Source: Octopus bimaculoides (lineage: Eukaryota). From it: DNA of 64,000 nucleotides. The DNA lies in NCBI RefSeq assembly GCF_001194135.2, contig NC_068995.1, forward strand, positions 5,596,298 to 5,660,297. Direction: 5' to 3'. A program made the position numbers and the translations under genes. Positions 14,880 to 28,879 of the stretch are shown here, one piece after another (position 1 is the first letter of the stretch; each line of letters begins with the position of its first letter). The notes under the pieces were generated by a model. It made no database searches and was not told the DNA's origin. It was given only the letters and a program-made list of their open reading frames with translations.

Positions 14880-15128
14880 CTTGTACAGGTTTCAGCATTC
14901 GGACTGCGGCCATACTGGGGCACAATTTTGAAGTGTTTTAGTCGAACTAATCGACCCCAGTACTTATTATCTACGCCTGGAACTTATTCTACCGGACACT
15001 ATTATCGAAACCTTAGGTTACGGAGACGTAAACAAACCAACACCGATTGTCTAGCGGTGGTGGAGGACAAAGACCACATACATGGATGTATATACACATA
15101 TATTTATGACAGGCTTCTTTCAGTTTCC
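14880..15128 (-). mobile_element. Family B SINE, 3' portion (head missing)
   Basis: ggactgcggccatactggggcac...tttagtcgaactaatcgaccccagtac...gacgtaaacaaaccaacacc...acaggcttctttcagtttccg matches 1105-1390. Confidence 0.8.
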
Positions 15129-16629
15129 GGATTAGCCTTCCGATCAGAGGGGAATGTTGGCCAGCTCGCCTAGCCAGAAGTGTGGCATCATTCAAAAGCT
15201 AAAACAATGCGAAGTGCCTTGTGATCAGCGTTATATAACAAAATTCGATCGTCTGCCCGATACTGTAATATATATATATATATCGTACTAAAATCAGTTG
15301 TCAAAATCATCATATTACATACAAACTACCATCAGTAGTCGTCACAACGAATTCCCTCATACCAATACTATCAGTAGTAGGAAGACCAGAGAGTGGGAGG
15401 TGGAAGCTAAAGGACTGTAACGGTTAAATTTGTACTCAGGATGTTAAGGAATTTAACTAAATGATGCTTTCTAACAATGAAGTATTATGTTCTACCGTTT
15501 GGAAAAAAAGATTTAGTGACTATTATCTGTTCTCCTACCCTAGTATTTAACCCAAGGGAAATAAACATCATAATCTGCCTCGTCTAAGTTTAAGCATGCT
15601 AATATAAAAAAAAAAACGATTTCTGTGATATAGTGAAGGCCTTGAGTTGTGCAGTGGGGTGTAATCGATTAAGTTCAATAGATTGTTGATTAGTACTTTT
15701 ATTTATGAATCCTTCGACCTCAGTGAGATTTGAACTCATATTGTCAATAATAAATGAAAGTAAACCACACATAAAATATTTGGTTTAAACTGCACTACAC
15801 TGTATTACAATCGATGCGTTAACGTATCAATAACGAATGTAGATTAATCCTATTGATTTCTTATAGAGGTACACATCTTCGACATATCGATGATGAGATA
15901 TTGATAATTGGATCACCCCTTGACCGCGACAGGTACTTATTTAATCGATCCAGATGTATGAACGGTGAAGGCGATGAACGGCGAAGACTGAAAGTTTGAA
16001 ACTTTGAAAGGAACAAATTTAATTAATGAAGATGATTACTTGATGTCGTTACACAAAATTCAATCACTTCGTCAGCATAGCAATGCGTTACACCTCATTT
16101 TCGTGTTGTTTGATCAAAGAACGACACCTACTGACTTCGCTAAAAGCATTCACCAAAAGGATTAGTTTGGAATATTTCTGAGAAGAACTTTAGATTGGTC
16201 AGAGAAGCATTGAGTCATGGCATCAATCCTCTAACCGTGTTGAGTCCCATACCGACACATACTTATGATGCACTAGAATATGATATGACGGTTAGGTGAA
16301 CAGTCTTCAATGGCCAGTAGCAAATATGCCAAGCAACAATGATAGCAGGACTACCTACAAGGTCAAAGATGTATTTCATTATCCTGCAGGCCGTTCGTAA
16401 GGCGCCAGTACTATGAGACGAAAACGCCGGCAATACTGTTGCTTGGCATAAAGTAGTCATGCCACAGGACCAATAAGAAGGCAAGTGTGGTCACTTCTCG
16501 TACTTTCGTGTTGTGGGAGACACTGTCATCTTTCCCCACTTTGTTTAAGCAAATTAAAGGCTTCGATGATTTACATACATGACGGCATGTACACAGGTAA
16601 ATATACTGTTACATGTCACACAGACAGTG

Positions 16630-16660
<31 letters not shown>

Positions 16661-17062
16661 AAACGATGGATAGATGAATAGATAGATAAAAAAATAGATT
16701 GATTATAATCAGAGGTACTACTTTGTGGAGTGGTCAAACCCAAGCTCGAGTTTTCAGAGGTTTTTTTTTTTTCTCACTTAGAGTTATTAACATTAAAATG
16801 TTTAACTGGAATTTGGGACTTCGATGTCTTTCTAAAAGATTTTACACTGGCCATCGCAATATGTTATTTCCACTTCAATTCTAGCACCACTCAATATTTT
16901 GCTGTGAAAAATTCAGTCGGGACGTTGAACACATTAGATGGAGAAAAATGAAACACAAATAACCGAAGCAGAATTGTTTCAGACCAAGAACGAAAATGAT
17001 TCAAATACAGACATTATCTACATCTTAATTCTTGATCTACTGGTGCACACTACATCTAAATA

Positions 17063-17640
17063 ACAATGGTTTCAAGTTTTGGTACAGCAAGGACAGCAAA
17101 ATGGTGGTTGGGGGTTAGTCGATTATATCGACCTCAGTTGTCAACCGATACTTATTTTATCGACTGCGAAAGGATGGAAGACAAAGTCAACCTCGACGAA
17201 ATCTGAACTCAAAACAATAGTAATAATAATAATCCATTCTACTACAGGCCTGAAATTTTGGGGAGGGAGATAGCCGATTACATCGACCCTAGTATTTGAC
17301 TGGTACTTAATCTATCGACCCTGAAAGGAAGAAAGGCAAAGTCGACCTCGGCCGAATTTGAACTCAGAACGTAGCGGCAGACGAAATACTGCCAAGCATT
17401 TTGCCCAGAGTGCTAACGATTCTGCCAGCCAGCTTTCAGCCTTAATAATGATAATATCAATAATAACAACAACAATAATAATAATATTAATAATAATGAT
17501 AATTATAATAATAATCGCTTCAAATGTTGGCAATTTGGCGAGAAGATGTTTAACAACATTGACCTCAGTACCAGAATGTTACATCATTTTATAGACAACA
17601 GAGAGATGATAGGCCAAAGTCGATCTCGTAAAATGCATAT
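17063..17640 (-). mobile_element. Three head-to-tail family A SINE copies separated by (AAT)n
   Basis: Copies at about 17063-17212, 17233-17441 (best preserved) and 17516-17632. (AAT)-rich tracts at about 17215-17232 and 17443-17515. Confidence 0.8.
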
Positions 17641-19289
17641 TTGTTAATGTATTCAAAGAAATAATTTTTTAAAAGGCAGGGCGATCATAGTCGGAATGAT
17701 TGACAATAGGTCTGCTTAATCGGACTAAATAACACCAAATATTCTCATAATACCACATACATACACATACATACCAGGCAATTTGAAAGGCAGAGGAAAA
17801 GTCTACCTTGGCGCTATTTGAAGACAAAACGCACATAGATAAAAGTAAACTGTGTAGTAAAATCGGATGCGCTACCAATTCTATTATTACATTCTACCCC
17901 ACCTCGGAAACAGTGATGTCTCTAATACACAGAGAAATCTACACCATGAGGGGTACTTATATTTGTCATATGCTTCACTGGTGTTCTATTTCATCAACTT
18001 CATAGACGAAAATAAAGTCAGCTCGAGAAGAATTTGAACACAGGACTATTAACGAGCATGTAATTAAATAACTTATACGTGTAATCCTGTTTTCTCTGCC
18101 GATTCGAATACAGTCCACGTTAGATACGTGTATAACATTAAATACTTTTCCCTTTTTTCTTTTGTTACGCGAGGACAAGGCTGGAACTTATCGAGGATGG
18201 CTTAGTTGATTGTTAACTTCCCACATCATGACTGGTATTTTTCTTCCATCATTTTCAGAACACATCAAAGACAAAGTTCAACTCGGCGGTATTTCAACGT
18301 CGGCTATAGAGAGCCGAGACAAATAGCTCAAAGTCTTCTATATGACACTCTGACAACTCTACACATCTAGTAGTAGTAGTAGTAGTAGTAGTAATAGAAG
18401 TAGTAGTAAAAGATTTCTTAAATTTTTTCTTATGTTGACGTNNNNNNNNNNNNNNNNNNNNNNNNNNNNNNNNNNNNNNNNNNNNNNNNNNNNNNNNNNN
18501 NNNNNNNNNNNNNNNNNNNNNNNNNNNNNNNNNNNNNNNNNNNNNNNNNNNNNNNNNNNNNNNNNNNNNNNNNNNNNNNNNNNNNNNNNNNNNNNNNNNN
18601 NNNNNNNNNNNNNNNNNNNNNNNNNNNNNNNNNNNNNNNNNNNNNNNNNNNNNNNNNNNNNNNNNNNNNNNNNNNNNNNNNNNNNNNNNNNNNNNNNNNN
18701 NNNNNNNNNNNNNNNGTGTGTGTGTGTATGTATAATCGCATAACTGGAGGTGATGTTCCTAATCGTCGAGACCCTTTCAAAGAAGATTTAAGAATGAAAG
18801 TGAAGCCGGTTGTTCTGAGCTAAGAATCGAAACTAAGTTAGGAACACAAGCTTGTTATTGTACTTGTACATGTTCCTTTAGGATATTCACTTTTCATTTT
18901 ATATAGATAAACGAAACAACACTTCGTTCACTTTGCGAAAACATCTGAACGTCAGTGGGGCGAACGAGATATGGTATAAAATTACGAAAATTTGCCTTCC
19001 GTGATCGAATTCAGGGAGAGTCGATTTATCAGGGGCTATTTTACCCACGAATTGTGTTTATTATTATTATTATTATTACATTTTATTCATTTATTGATTT
19101 TATTTCTTCACTGATGTTTATCCTCCAGGGTCGATAAACACAAATATCATTGAAATATATCAGATAGTGTGGTTTGAAATCGACTGAATTCCTCCCCTAG
19201 TTTCCTGGATCTCTGCCTTCAGTTAAAAGTCAATATAAATAAAAATTGTTGTTGTGGCTGTTTTTGTTATTGTCATTGGATTATTGTTG

Positions 19290-19460
19290 TTACTTAGCTA
19301 TACGTCAGCCGCAATCAAAATCTTCCGGTAGTGACGAGTCCATCCACTTTTTAAAAACATTTTTTTGGTTCAGTGATTCTGTAGACGGCAATCCATAGTT
19401 TGACACAAGTGTGATTTAGAAGGCGATTTTGGCAGCTATTTCTTGCACATAAATTGACCA
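19290..19460. repeat. Dispersed repeat family D
   Basis: gtgtgatttagaaggcgattttggcagctatttcttgcac. Confidence 0.5.
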
Positions 19461-19889
19461 CTTAAAGCTGGTTCCAATATTGGTATAAAAGTAAAATATC
19501 AGGATAAAAAGCAAAGAAAAAGATGTGTAGATTGGTAAGAAGAATGGTAAAGTAAGGAATGGCTGATTCTGAAAGACTCTAAGAAGTAGCATCACAAGTG
19601 CATCATCGCGATAATTGAAGTGATGTTATGATATACGTCATACGGTCTTTCTACGTTCTACCGAGAATCGAAAGAGGTTTCACGTGGTGCTACTGCAGCT
19701 GTAGATGTTACTGCTGCTGCTGCTTGCCGGGAAACCAAATAATTCTTTACAGTGGTCGTCATTCTGTCTCGGTTCTAATGCTAAAGATAGGAAGAACATG
19801 GCTCAAGATTCTAATAAGACGATGAGGAGGAAGAAGGACAAATATTAAATTCTTCTGTCATAACAGTTTTTCTTTTCTTTTGTTGATAT

Positions 19890-20075
19890 GAAGCCCCTAA
19901 TGAACCTTGATTTAATAGAACTATGATCAAAGGCAATCCATCCATGACAACCATTTTTTTTCAACACATACCTAGAACGGTATTATGCAATGTCGCCATT
20001 CCTGTTACAGACGAAAGAGAGAGTGTTTCAAGGGACGTTTCGCTGCTATTTCTAGCCGGCCGATCGACGACATTA
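19890..20075. repeat. Dispersed repeat family D
   Basis: ctatgatcaaaggcaatccatccatgac ... gggacgtttcgctgctatttctagc. Confidence 0.55.
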
Positions 20076-20767
20076 GAAGCTTGCTGCTGATTGCTGATTT
20101 TGATCTTGTTATTGTTACGAATGAGAGTTTCTCATTATCTACATCATCATATCATCTGTAGCTCGTTGTTAACATTGTCGTACGCGATGTGTTTGAGGAT
20201 GATAATGATGCTGATGACGATGATGATGGCGATACCGATGCTGTAGGATCTAATATTCTTGTTGTAGTTGTTGTCGTTACTCTAGATGTTGTTGCTATGG
20301 TTCGTGTTGTTGATTTCCTAGTGGTTGTTATTGTAGGTGAACATAAAGTCGGCTATTAAGTGTTTGATCTACGATGGCGCGTAATAAAGTCAACATCACA
20401 AAAATACACACGAAGATGTCAGTCAGCATGTATGCAGAAAGCAACAGAAAATAACGTATATAATTTTGTGTGCATGTGTGTGTGTTGAAAATATCTATAT
20501 TATAGACGGTTACAGATATATTATAAACGGTTAAAATGTTTAGACTGAATCTTATTTTTTAAAAAAATTTATTTTATCATTTTGCATTTACAAGTGAACG
20601 AAATTGCCAACAGGAATCGAACCATCTATTTATCGCACACCGCACGACTGTACTACCGATTGAACCAAAGATACTGTGACTTGATGTATTTGGATATATA
20701 CATACATGCATACATACATAATATTATATATATAAGCGCATGTATATATATATATATATATAAACAC

Positions 20768-20812
<45 letters not shown>

Positions 20813-20874
20813 NNNNNNNNNNNNNNNNNNNNNNNNNNNNNNNNNNNNNNNNNNNNNNNNNNNNNNNNNNNNNN

Positions 20875-20931
<57 letters not shown>

Positions 20932-21561
20932 CGTAAACAGATGCATATACGCATATATATTTATATATAAGCAGATGCATATACATACATGTGTGCTGTA
21001 TGCACTCGTATATTCATACATAAATACATGTATGTATATACCTATATGTGCACTGCACACATGCGTCATTGCATATACATACATTAATATACATGTGTAT
21101 TTATACATGCTTGCATGAATGTATATGGATGTATATATCTGTTTGTGTGTGTGTTTAAATCAAAGTTTAAAGCACTCCTCATCGAAACTTCGCTGTGTGT
21201 GTGTGAGTGTTCCTATGTGTTTAAGTGTGCGTGTTTTACAACATACACACTCACACAGACAGACACACAGACAAGCACACACATACGCGGACAAGCACAC
21301 ACGAAGAGAAGTGTTTTTTGTATTGTTGCTTCTTTAAAGCACAAGTGTACTCCACCCTCGTAATAGACACACTCTTCTATAAGTGTACACTACAATATAT
21401 ACACCCACCCCGCAGTGTGTCTAACCCAGAAAACCTTCACTGTTATCATTTTTGGCACTGTCACTTGTGGTATGTTCTGTTGAAACAACCTACTGCTAGT
21501 TGGAAATAATTCACCATCAAAATAACACATGACCAACATACATAGTATACTGAGAACAATT

Positions 21562-21593
<32 letters not shown>

Positions 21594-21769
21594 TGAAAAT
21601 GTGAGATCTACGCATACAGACCGCATGAATATTTCCATGCACGCGTGCGCACTCAGTACACACACACGTATATATATGTCCCTACACACAAAATACTAAA
21701 GGTCGTTACTTGTTACGTTAAGGATGTTCAATTGTAAAACACTTATAATAATAGTAATAATAATAATAA

Positions 21770-21935
21770 TAATAATTTTGGCACGAGGCCAGTAAGTTCT
21801 AGGGGAAGGGATAAATCGATTACGTTGACCCAGAATGCAACTGGTACTTATGTTATCGACCCTGAAAGGATGAAAGGTAAAGTCGACCTCAGCAGAATTT
21901 GAACTCAGAACGTAACGATTTGGAAGAAGCACCGT
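21770..21935 (-). mobile_element. Family A SINE with (AAT)n tail
   Basis: ggcacgaggccag...atcgattacgttgacccag...ggtacttatgttatcgaccctgaaaggatgaaaggtaaagtcgacctcagcagaatttgaactcagaacgtaa, preceded on the plus strand by (aat)n. Confidence 0.8.
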
Positions 21936-22165
21936 AAGGTAGCGTTGTGTCCAATACACCATTTCCCCTGAATCATTGTAGTAGTCCAATAAACGTAGAT
22001 GGCCATATATATAATATATATTATATATATATATATATACATGATACATATATATATAATATATATACATACATATATATATAACATAATATGTATATAT
22101 ATAATATATATATATATATAATATATATATACATATATATATAATATAATATGTATATATATATA

Positions 22166-22235
<70 letters not shown>

Positions 22236-22814
22236 GCGGAGTTGAAGCGATAGAGTCATACGTACTTGGTCACCCGACGGTTTTTAAAGCGCAAATGTGG
22301 AGTTTGGTAGGATTTGAACTCGGATCGTAAACTACCCCAATATCTCGACTCTCTACTGACTCGGCCACCAACCTTCACCCCACCCAGTTCATCATGATAT
22401 TGATCTCTTTCTCTCTCTCTCTCTCTGTCTCTCAGCTATGTTGTTGTATATCCACGGACCACCGCGTTAGCGGTGGCAATAGAGGAAACAATCAATAGAG
22501 GAAAGAACCATTTATGTCACCCAGTACATGGCTGGTAATTTATCAATATTATTGACCTTACTTGGATTCGAACTCAGAGCATGAAGTAATATCGCTAATG
22601 AATTTTTGGTAGCTCTACCGACTGTATCACCCGACTATCTTTATAAACACTTGTTGATAGGAATGGGGAGCATACTACTATCACAACTACAACTACTTGT
22701 AACTGTTTGTAATTTAGACAGAAGGGCAGCAGTTTTGAGGAGAATACAATCGGTCCAAGAATTTCCCTGGTATATTATTTCAACGACATCGGCAGGAGGA
22801 TGCACAGAGTTTCC

Positions 22815-23491
22815 TTCGTGAAATTTGAATGAAAAAAAAAAAAAATTACGAAAGAAATACAGCAAGGTATTTTCCCCCGATACTTTAACGATTCTGTCAG
22901 TTGGCTGTGGTGGCGGTGATGATTCCAAGAATAATTCTTTCTGCTGTAGGCACAAGGCCTGACATTTTTTGGATAGCGGGGATAGTCGTTTACATGGACC
23001 CTGATGCTTAACTGGTGTTTGTCTTTTGCACCCCGAAATGATGACAGGTGAAGTCGACCACGGCGGAATTTGAACTGAGTACGTNNNNNNNNNNNNNNNN
23101 NNNNNNNNNNNNNNNNNNNNNNNNNNNNNNNNNNNNNNNNNNNNNNNNNNNNNNNNNNNNNNNNNNNNNNNNNNNNNNNNNNNNNNNNNNNNNNNNNNNN
23201 NNNNNNNNNNNNNNNNNNNNNNNNNNNNNNNNNNNNNNNNNNNNNNNNNNNNNNNNNNNNNNNNNNNNNNNNNNNNNNNNNNNNNNNNNNNNNNNNNNNN
23301 NNNNNNNNNNNNNNNNNNNNNNNNNTAGCCATTTTCATCGATTCCAATACTTGACAGGTACTTATTTCATCGACCCCGAAAGGGTGAAAGGCAAAGAAGA
23401 CCTCAGCGGAATTTGAACTTGGACTGTAAAGTCGGACGACTTGTCACTAAGCATTTTGTCCGGTGTACTACTGATTCTGCCAGCATGTCGC

Positions 23492-23525
<34 letters not shown>

Positions 23526-24490
23526 TTCCTTTATACCATAGGCACAAAGGCTGAAATTTGGCGGAATGGGAATACTCGATTACATCGACCCAAGTACCCG
23601 AGTGGTACTCATTTTATTGACCGCGATGGATGAAAGGCAAAGTCGACCTCGGTGGGATTTGAACTCAAATCGTAAGGACGGACCAAATGCCACCAAGCAT
23701 TTTGTCCAGCATGCTAACAATTCAGCCAGCTCGTCGCCTAAGATAATAATAATAATAATAATAATAATGATGATGATGATGATGATGGTGATGATAATAA
23801 TAATAATAATAATCATAATTCTTTCTATTGAAGGCACAAGTTCTGAAATTTTGTGGGGAAGGTACTTGTCGATTACAACCACCCCAGTACTCAACTGGTA
23901 CTTCATTTATCGACCTCGGGAGGTTGAAAGGCAAAGTCGACCTCGGCGGAATTTGAACTCAGAACATAGACAGATGGAATACTTCCAACTATTTTGTCCG
24001 GAGCGTTAACAATTCTGCCAGCTCGTCGCCTTTATAATAATAATAATAATCCTTTCTACTATAGGCACAAGGTCTGAAGTTTAGGTGTGGAATGGGTTGA
24101 TAACATCGACTCCAGCGTTCAACTGGTACTCATTTCCTTGACTCCAAGGGGATGAAAGCAAAGTCGACTTCGGCGGAATTTGAACCCAGAATGTAAGGGC
24201 TTTTTACCCAGCGTGCTAACGATTCTGCAAGCTCACCGCCTTCGTAATAATAATAACAACAACAACAACATTAATAATCTTTTCTACTCTTGGCACAAGG
24301 CCCGAAATTTTTGGGAGGGGGCCAGTTGATTAGATTGACTTCAGTACACAACTGGTACTTAATTTATCGACCCCGAAAGGATGAAAGGCAAAGTCGACCT
24401 CGGGAGAATTTGAACTCAGAACGTATAGACGGACGAAATGCCGCTAAATATTTTGCCCGGCGTGCTAACGATTACTGCCAGCTCGCCACC

Positions 24491-24540
<50 letters not shown>
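22815..24540 (-). mobile_element. Tandem head-to-tail array of family A SINEs (at least 6 near-complete copies plus 1 head fragment)
   Basis: Units at about 22935-23084, 23326-23491, 23526-23739, 23820-24031, 24051-24241 and 24280-24490. Most are bounded by (AAT)n/(GAT)n/(AAC)n tracts. The array is interrupted by one gap and runs into another. Confidence 0.9.
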
Positions 24541-25341
24541 NNNNNNNNNNNNNNNNNNNNNNNNNNNNNNNNNNNNNNNNNNNNNNNNNNNNNNNNNNNN
24601 NNNNNNNNNNNNNNNNNNNNNNNNNNNNNNNNNNNNNNNNNNNNNNNNNNNNNNNNNNNNNNNNNNNNNNNNNNNNNNNNNNNNNNNNNNNNNNNNNNNN
24701 NNNNNNNNNNNNNNNNNNNNNNNNNNNNNNNNNNNNNNNNNNNNNNNNNNNNNNNNNNNNNNNNNNNNNNNNNNNNNNNNNNNNNNNNNNNNNNNNNNNN
24801 NNNNNNNNNNNNNNNNNNNNNNNNNNNNNNNNNNNNNNNNNNNNNNNNNNNNNNNNNNNNNNNNNNNNNNNNNNNNNNNNNNNNNNNNNNNNNNNNNNNN
24901 NNNNNNNNNNNNNNNNNNNNNNNNNNNNNNNNNNNNNNNNNNNNNNNNNNNNNNNNNNNNNNNNNNNNNNNNNNNNNNNNNNNNNNNNNNNNNNNNNNNN
25001 NNNNNNNNNNNNNNNNNNNNNNNNNNNNNNNNNNNNNNNNNNNNNNNNNNNNNNNNNNNNNNNNNNNNNNNNNNNNNNNNNNNNNNNNNNNNNNNNNNNN
25101 NNNNNNNNNNNNNNNNNNNNNNNNNNNNNNNNNNNNNNNNNNNNNNNNNNNNNNNNNNNNNNNNNNNNNNNNNNNNNNNNNNNNNNNNNNNNNNNNNNNN
25201 NNNNNNNNNNNNNNNNNNNNNNNNNNNNNNNNNNNNNNNNNNNNNNNNNNNNNNNNNNNNNNNNNNNNNNNNNNNNNNNNNNNNNNNNNNNNNNNNNNNN
25301 NNNNNNNNNNNNNNNNNNNNNNNNNNNNNNNNNNNNNNNNN

Positions 25342-25379
<38 letters not shown>

Positions 25380-26070
25380 AATATATATATATATATATAT
25401 GTATTTATGTGTGTGTGTATGTATATAAGTGTGTGCTTATAGAAATGTATATATAAACAATGGTGAGAGTGCGGCTGAGAATGTCGAACGAGAGTGAGCT
25501 GTATCTATCTATCTATATATCTATACGTATATATTAACTATATAAACAGTATAGATAGATAAATAGATAGATAAAGAAATAGATAGATAGACAGATAGAT
25601 AGATAGATTGATAGATGCTGCGTAACGAAAACTGAACAGAATAGAGCTGAAAAGGAGAGCAACAGAGCGTGTAATTTAAACCATGTTGTTTTTGTATTTA
25701 TATATGTATATATAAATATATGTATATATATATTTTTGTATGTGTGTGTGTATGTATGTTTGTGTATATATATGTGTGTATGTGTGTGTGTGTGTGTTTG
25801 TGTTTTAAAGTGTTAGAGTTTCAAAGAAACGTGTTGGCTTGTTTCGTTGTGTGTGTTTCAAACTGAAAGCGTGTGTCGGCAGAGGAACGCCGGACGATCT
25901 GGTAAGATTGGTTTCGAAAAAGACACGCACTGGCAACTGTAGTATTAGCACAGTTGACTGTTGTGTTGTGATGTTGCTGTTGTTGTTGTTATTATCGTGG
26001 TGATGGGGTAGCGGTGGCCATGATGGAGGCGGTGATGTTAGCGTTGTAACGTGGTGGTGAAAGTGTTGTT

Positions 26071-26102
<32 letters not shown>

Positions 26103-26121
26103 GGTGGTGGTGGTATTAGTG

Positions 26122-26155
<34 letters not shown>

Positions 26156-26992
26156 TGTGGTGGTTATTACGAGAGTAGCANNNNNNNNNNNNNNNNNNNN
26201 NNNNNNNNNNNNNNNNNNNNNNNNNNNNNNNNNNNNNNNNNNNNNNNNNNNNNNNNNNNNNNNNNNNNNNNNNNNNNNNNNNNNNNNNNNNNNNNNNNNN
26301 NNNNNNNNNNNNNNNNNNNNNNNNNNNNNNNNNNNNNNNNNNNNNNNNNNNNNNNNNNNNNNNNNNNNNNNNNNNNNNNNNNNNNNNNNNNNNNNNNNNN
26401 NNNNNNNNNNNNNNNNNNNNNNNNNNNNNNNNNNNNNNNNNNNNNNNNNNNNNNNNNNNNNNNNNNNNNNNNNNNNNNNNNNNNNNNNNNNNNNNNNNNN
26501 NNNNNNNNNNNNNNNNNNNNNNNNNNNNNNNNNNNNNNNNNNNNNNNNNNNNNNNNNNNNNNNNNNNNNNNNNNNNNNNNNNNNNNNNNNNNNNNNNNNN
26601 NNNNNNNNNNNNNNNNNNNNNNNNNNNNNNNNNNNNNNNNNNNNNNNNNNNNNNNNNNNNNNNNNNNNNNNNNNNNNNNNNNNNNNNNNNNNNNNNNNNN
26701 NNNNNNNNNNNNNNNNNNNNNNNNNNNNNNNNNNNNNNNNNNNNNNNNNNNNNNNNNNNNNNNNNNNNNNNNNNNNNNNNNNNNNNNNNNNNNNNNNNNN
26801 NNNNNNNNNNNNNNNNNNNNNNNNNNNNNNNNNNNNNNNNNNNNNNNNNNNNNNNNNNNNNNNNNNNNNNNNNNNNNNNNNNNNNNNNNNNNNNNNNNNN
26901 NNNNNNNNNNNNNNNNNNNNNNNNNNNNNNNNNNNNNNNNNNNNNNNNNNNNNNNNNNNNNNNNNNNNNNNNNNNNNNNNNNNNNNNNNNNN

Positions 26993-27037
<45 letters not shown>

Positions 27038-27414
27038 TTGTGTGTATGTGTGTTAGTATGATTGAGTGTGTGGGTGTGTAACGTGTGCTGGTTTATTGGG
27101 GTTTATTAATACGAATGTGTGTAAGACATGTGTGTGTGTGTGTGTGTGTGTTTGCTTCAGTGGTTGCGCATGTGTAACAGCGTCTGTATGTATGTATATA
27201 TATATATATAACGAAGATGTGCAGATCATGCGTAAGCGTTTGTCACAATGGCTATGTGTGTGGGTGGGTGTGTGCTTGTGGGAGAAAATGTCTCTATGTG
27301 TAGCTATGTGTTTGTGTGTATGTGTGTCTGTTGTAACTGTAATATACGTATGTGTCTGTCTCTGTATGTGTGAATTGATAATCGTGTGTGTGTGTGTGTG
27401 TGAATAAGTGTGTT

Positions 27415-27810
27415 GTTTAACCCTTGGTCAACCTTGATCAAACTATCGGTCATTTTTGTTTATTCTTGGGCCAGTTATGAAGGAGCAGGTTCATTATCAA
27501 AGACGAACCAGCTATGACCCTTACGTCCTATCCTAGACTCCATTCACCCAAGTCTTCATTATCCTATGTCCTCTAAGCCAGTAAATTGTGATTTGAGAGG
27601 GAGAAATTTGGCTACTCTATCTAGCCTCCAGACAAATGGCCCTCGTCATTGAACTTCACATCAACCCTGATCCAGTAAACCTATGATGAAAAGTATTATA
27701 GTTATGACTGCCCTTCCATATCAAAACTATATCTTCCTCTTTATTACGTGCCCCCTTAACACAGTGATATTTAATTTGAGCGTAGTTTGGCTACTATTTC
27801 TTGCATGTTT
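27415..27810. repeat. Family D fragments (two or three decayed pieces)
   Basis: tttaacccttggtcaaccttgatc; gtgatttgagagggagaaatttggctactctatctagc; ctatgatgaaaagtatt...tttggctactatttcttgc. Confidence 0.5.
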
Positions 27811-28879
27811 GACTTCTAGACAGAGGCTCTGTCCATATGCTGTAGGCTAAATGCTTACAACTCAGCTGGATTGCACTTCCACAAAGTTGAGTACCTATTG
27901 CTCCAGCTGGACTGTACTTACGCGGAGAAGTCGAGGACCTAACTACCTATTACCCCAGCTGGACTGTACTTCTGAGATGTTGAGGGACATATTGTACTCT
28001 CCCACGCACACACAGTTGTTGCTACTGTCAGAACTGAGTCAAACAATGATTAAAGATGTTCCAACGGTGACCATCCTTTCTTATTTTATAATATCAGAGA
28101 CTATATTACTTAATATATCCGTTCTTATGTAATATATTTAGTAGTGATTTATGAGAAAGTTGGTTGCCATTTCTGAGCGACCACGTACAGGCTTCCTATT
28201 TCAGTTTTCTTGTGTATTTGTAGATTCCCAGTGCTCACAGTAGAGGTGGGCATGGTAAGATTGCTCACTGTACCAGTCGCAGTTGTTCTCCACCATGCAC
28301 GTAGCATTTATCGCATGCAGCATTCCAGCACAGTTTTTACAAGGAAGGGAATGATTACAATGATTCTTCTTTGATGCTCTGTGCTTATTGTGTGTGTGTG
28401 TATGTGTGTGTTTGTGTGTGTGTGTGTGTCTGTGCATGTGTATGTATGTATGTGTGTGAATGTGTGCGCGCACGTGCGCACGTTTTATGTTTGAGTTGAG
28501 CTGAAGGATGGTGCTTTTAAAATAGTTCTGGCCTATTGCAGAAGCAGACGAGCCTTGGTAATTTTGGGGTTGTTTGGACATGTCACGGAAAAGAAGACCA
28601 CGGTGCAAGTCGTAGCCTGCACACATGAACTCACACACACGCACACACACGCACACACACACACAGCATCCTTTCAACAACTAGTCATCTTTATTATGTA
28701 AGTTTTGGGGCCTGAAAAAGGGCAGAAAAGTTTTGTCATGCATTTTTCTATCTGCTGTTTCCTAAGGGAAAATTTTGGCCTGGCCTCCTAATTTATGATG
28801 AATCTGGTATATATTTTTTTAAATGGCGATCTTTGTTTACTTTCTGTTATGGTACTAATAAATGGTACTAATAAATGCT

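Noticed and set aside
22815-24540. Repeat-spacer periodicity resembling a CRISPR array (also 27863-27971)
   Set aside because: The context is eukaryotic, the units are ~200-bp SINEs with microsatellite linkers, and there are no cas genes or constant-length spacers.
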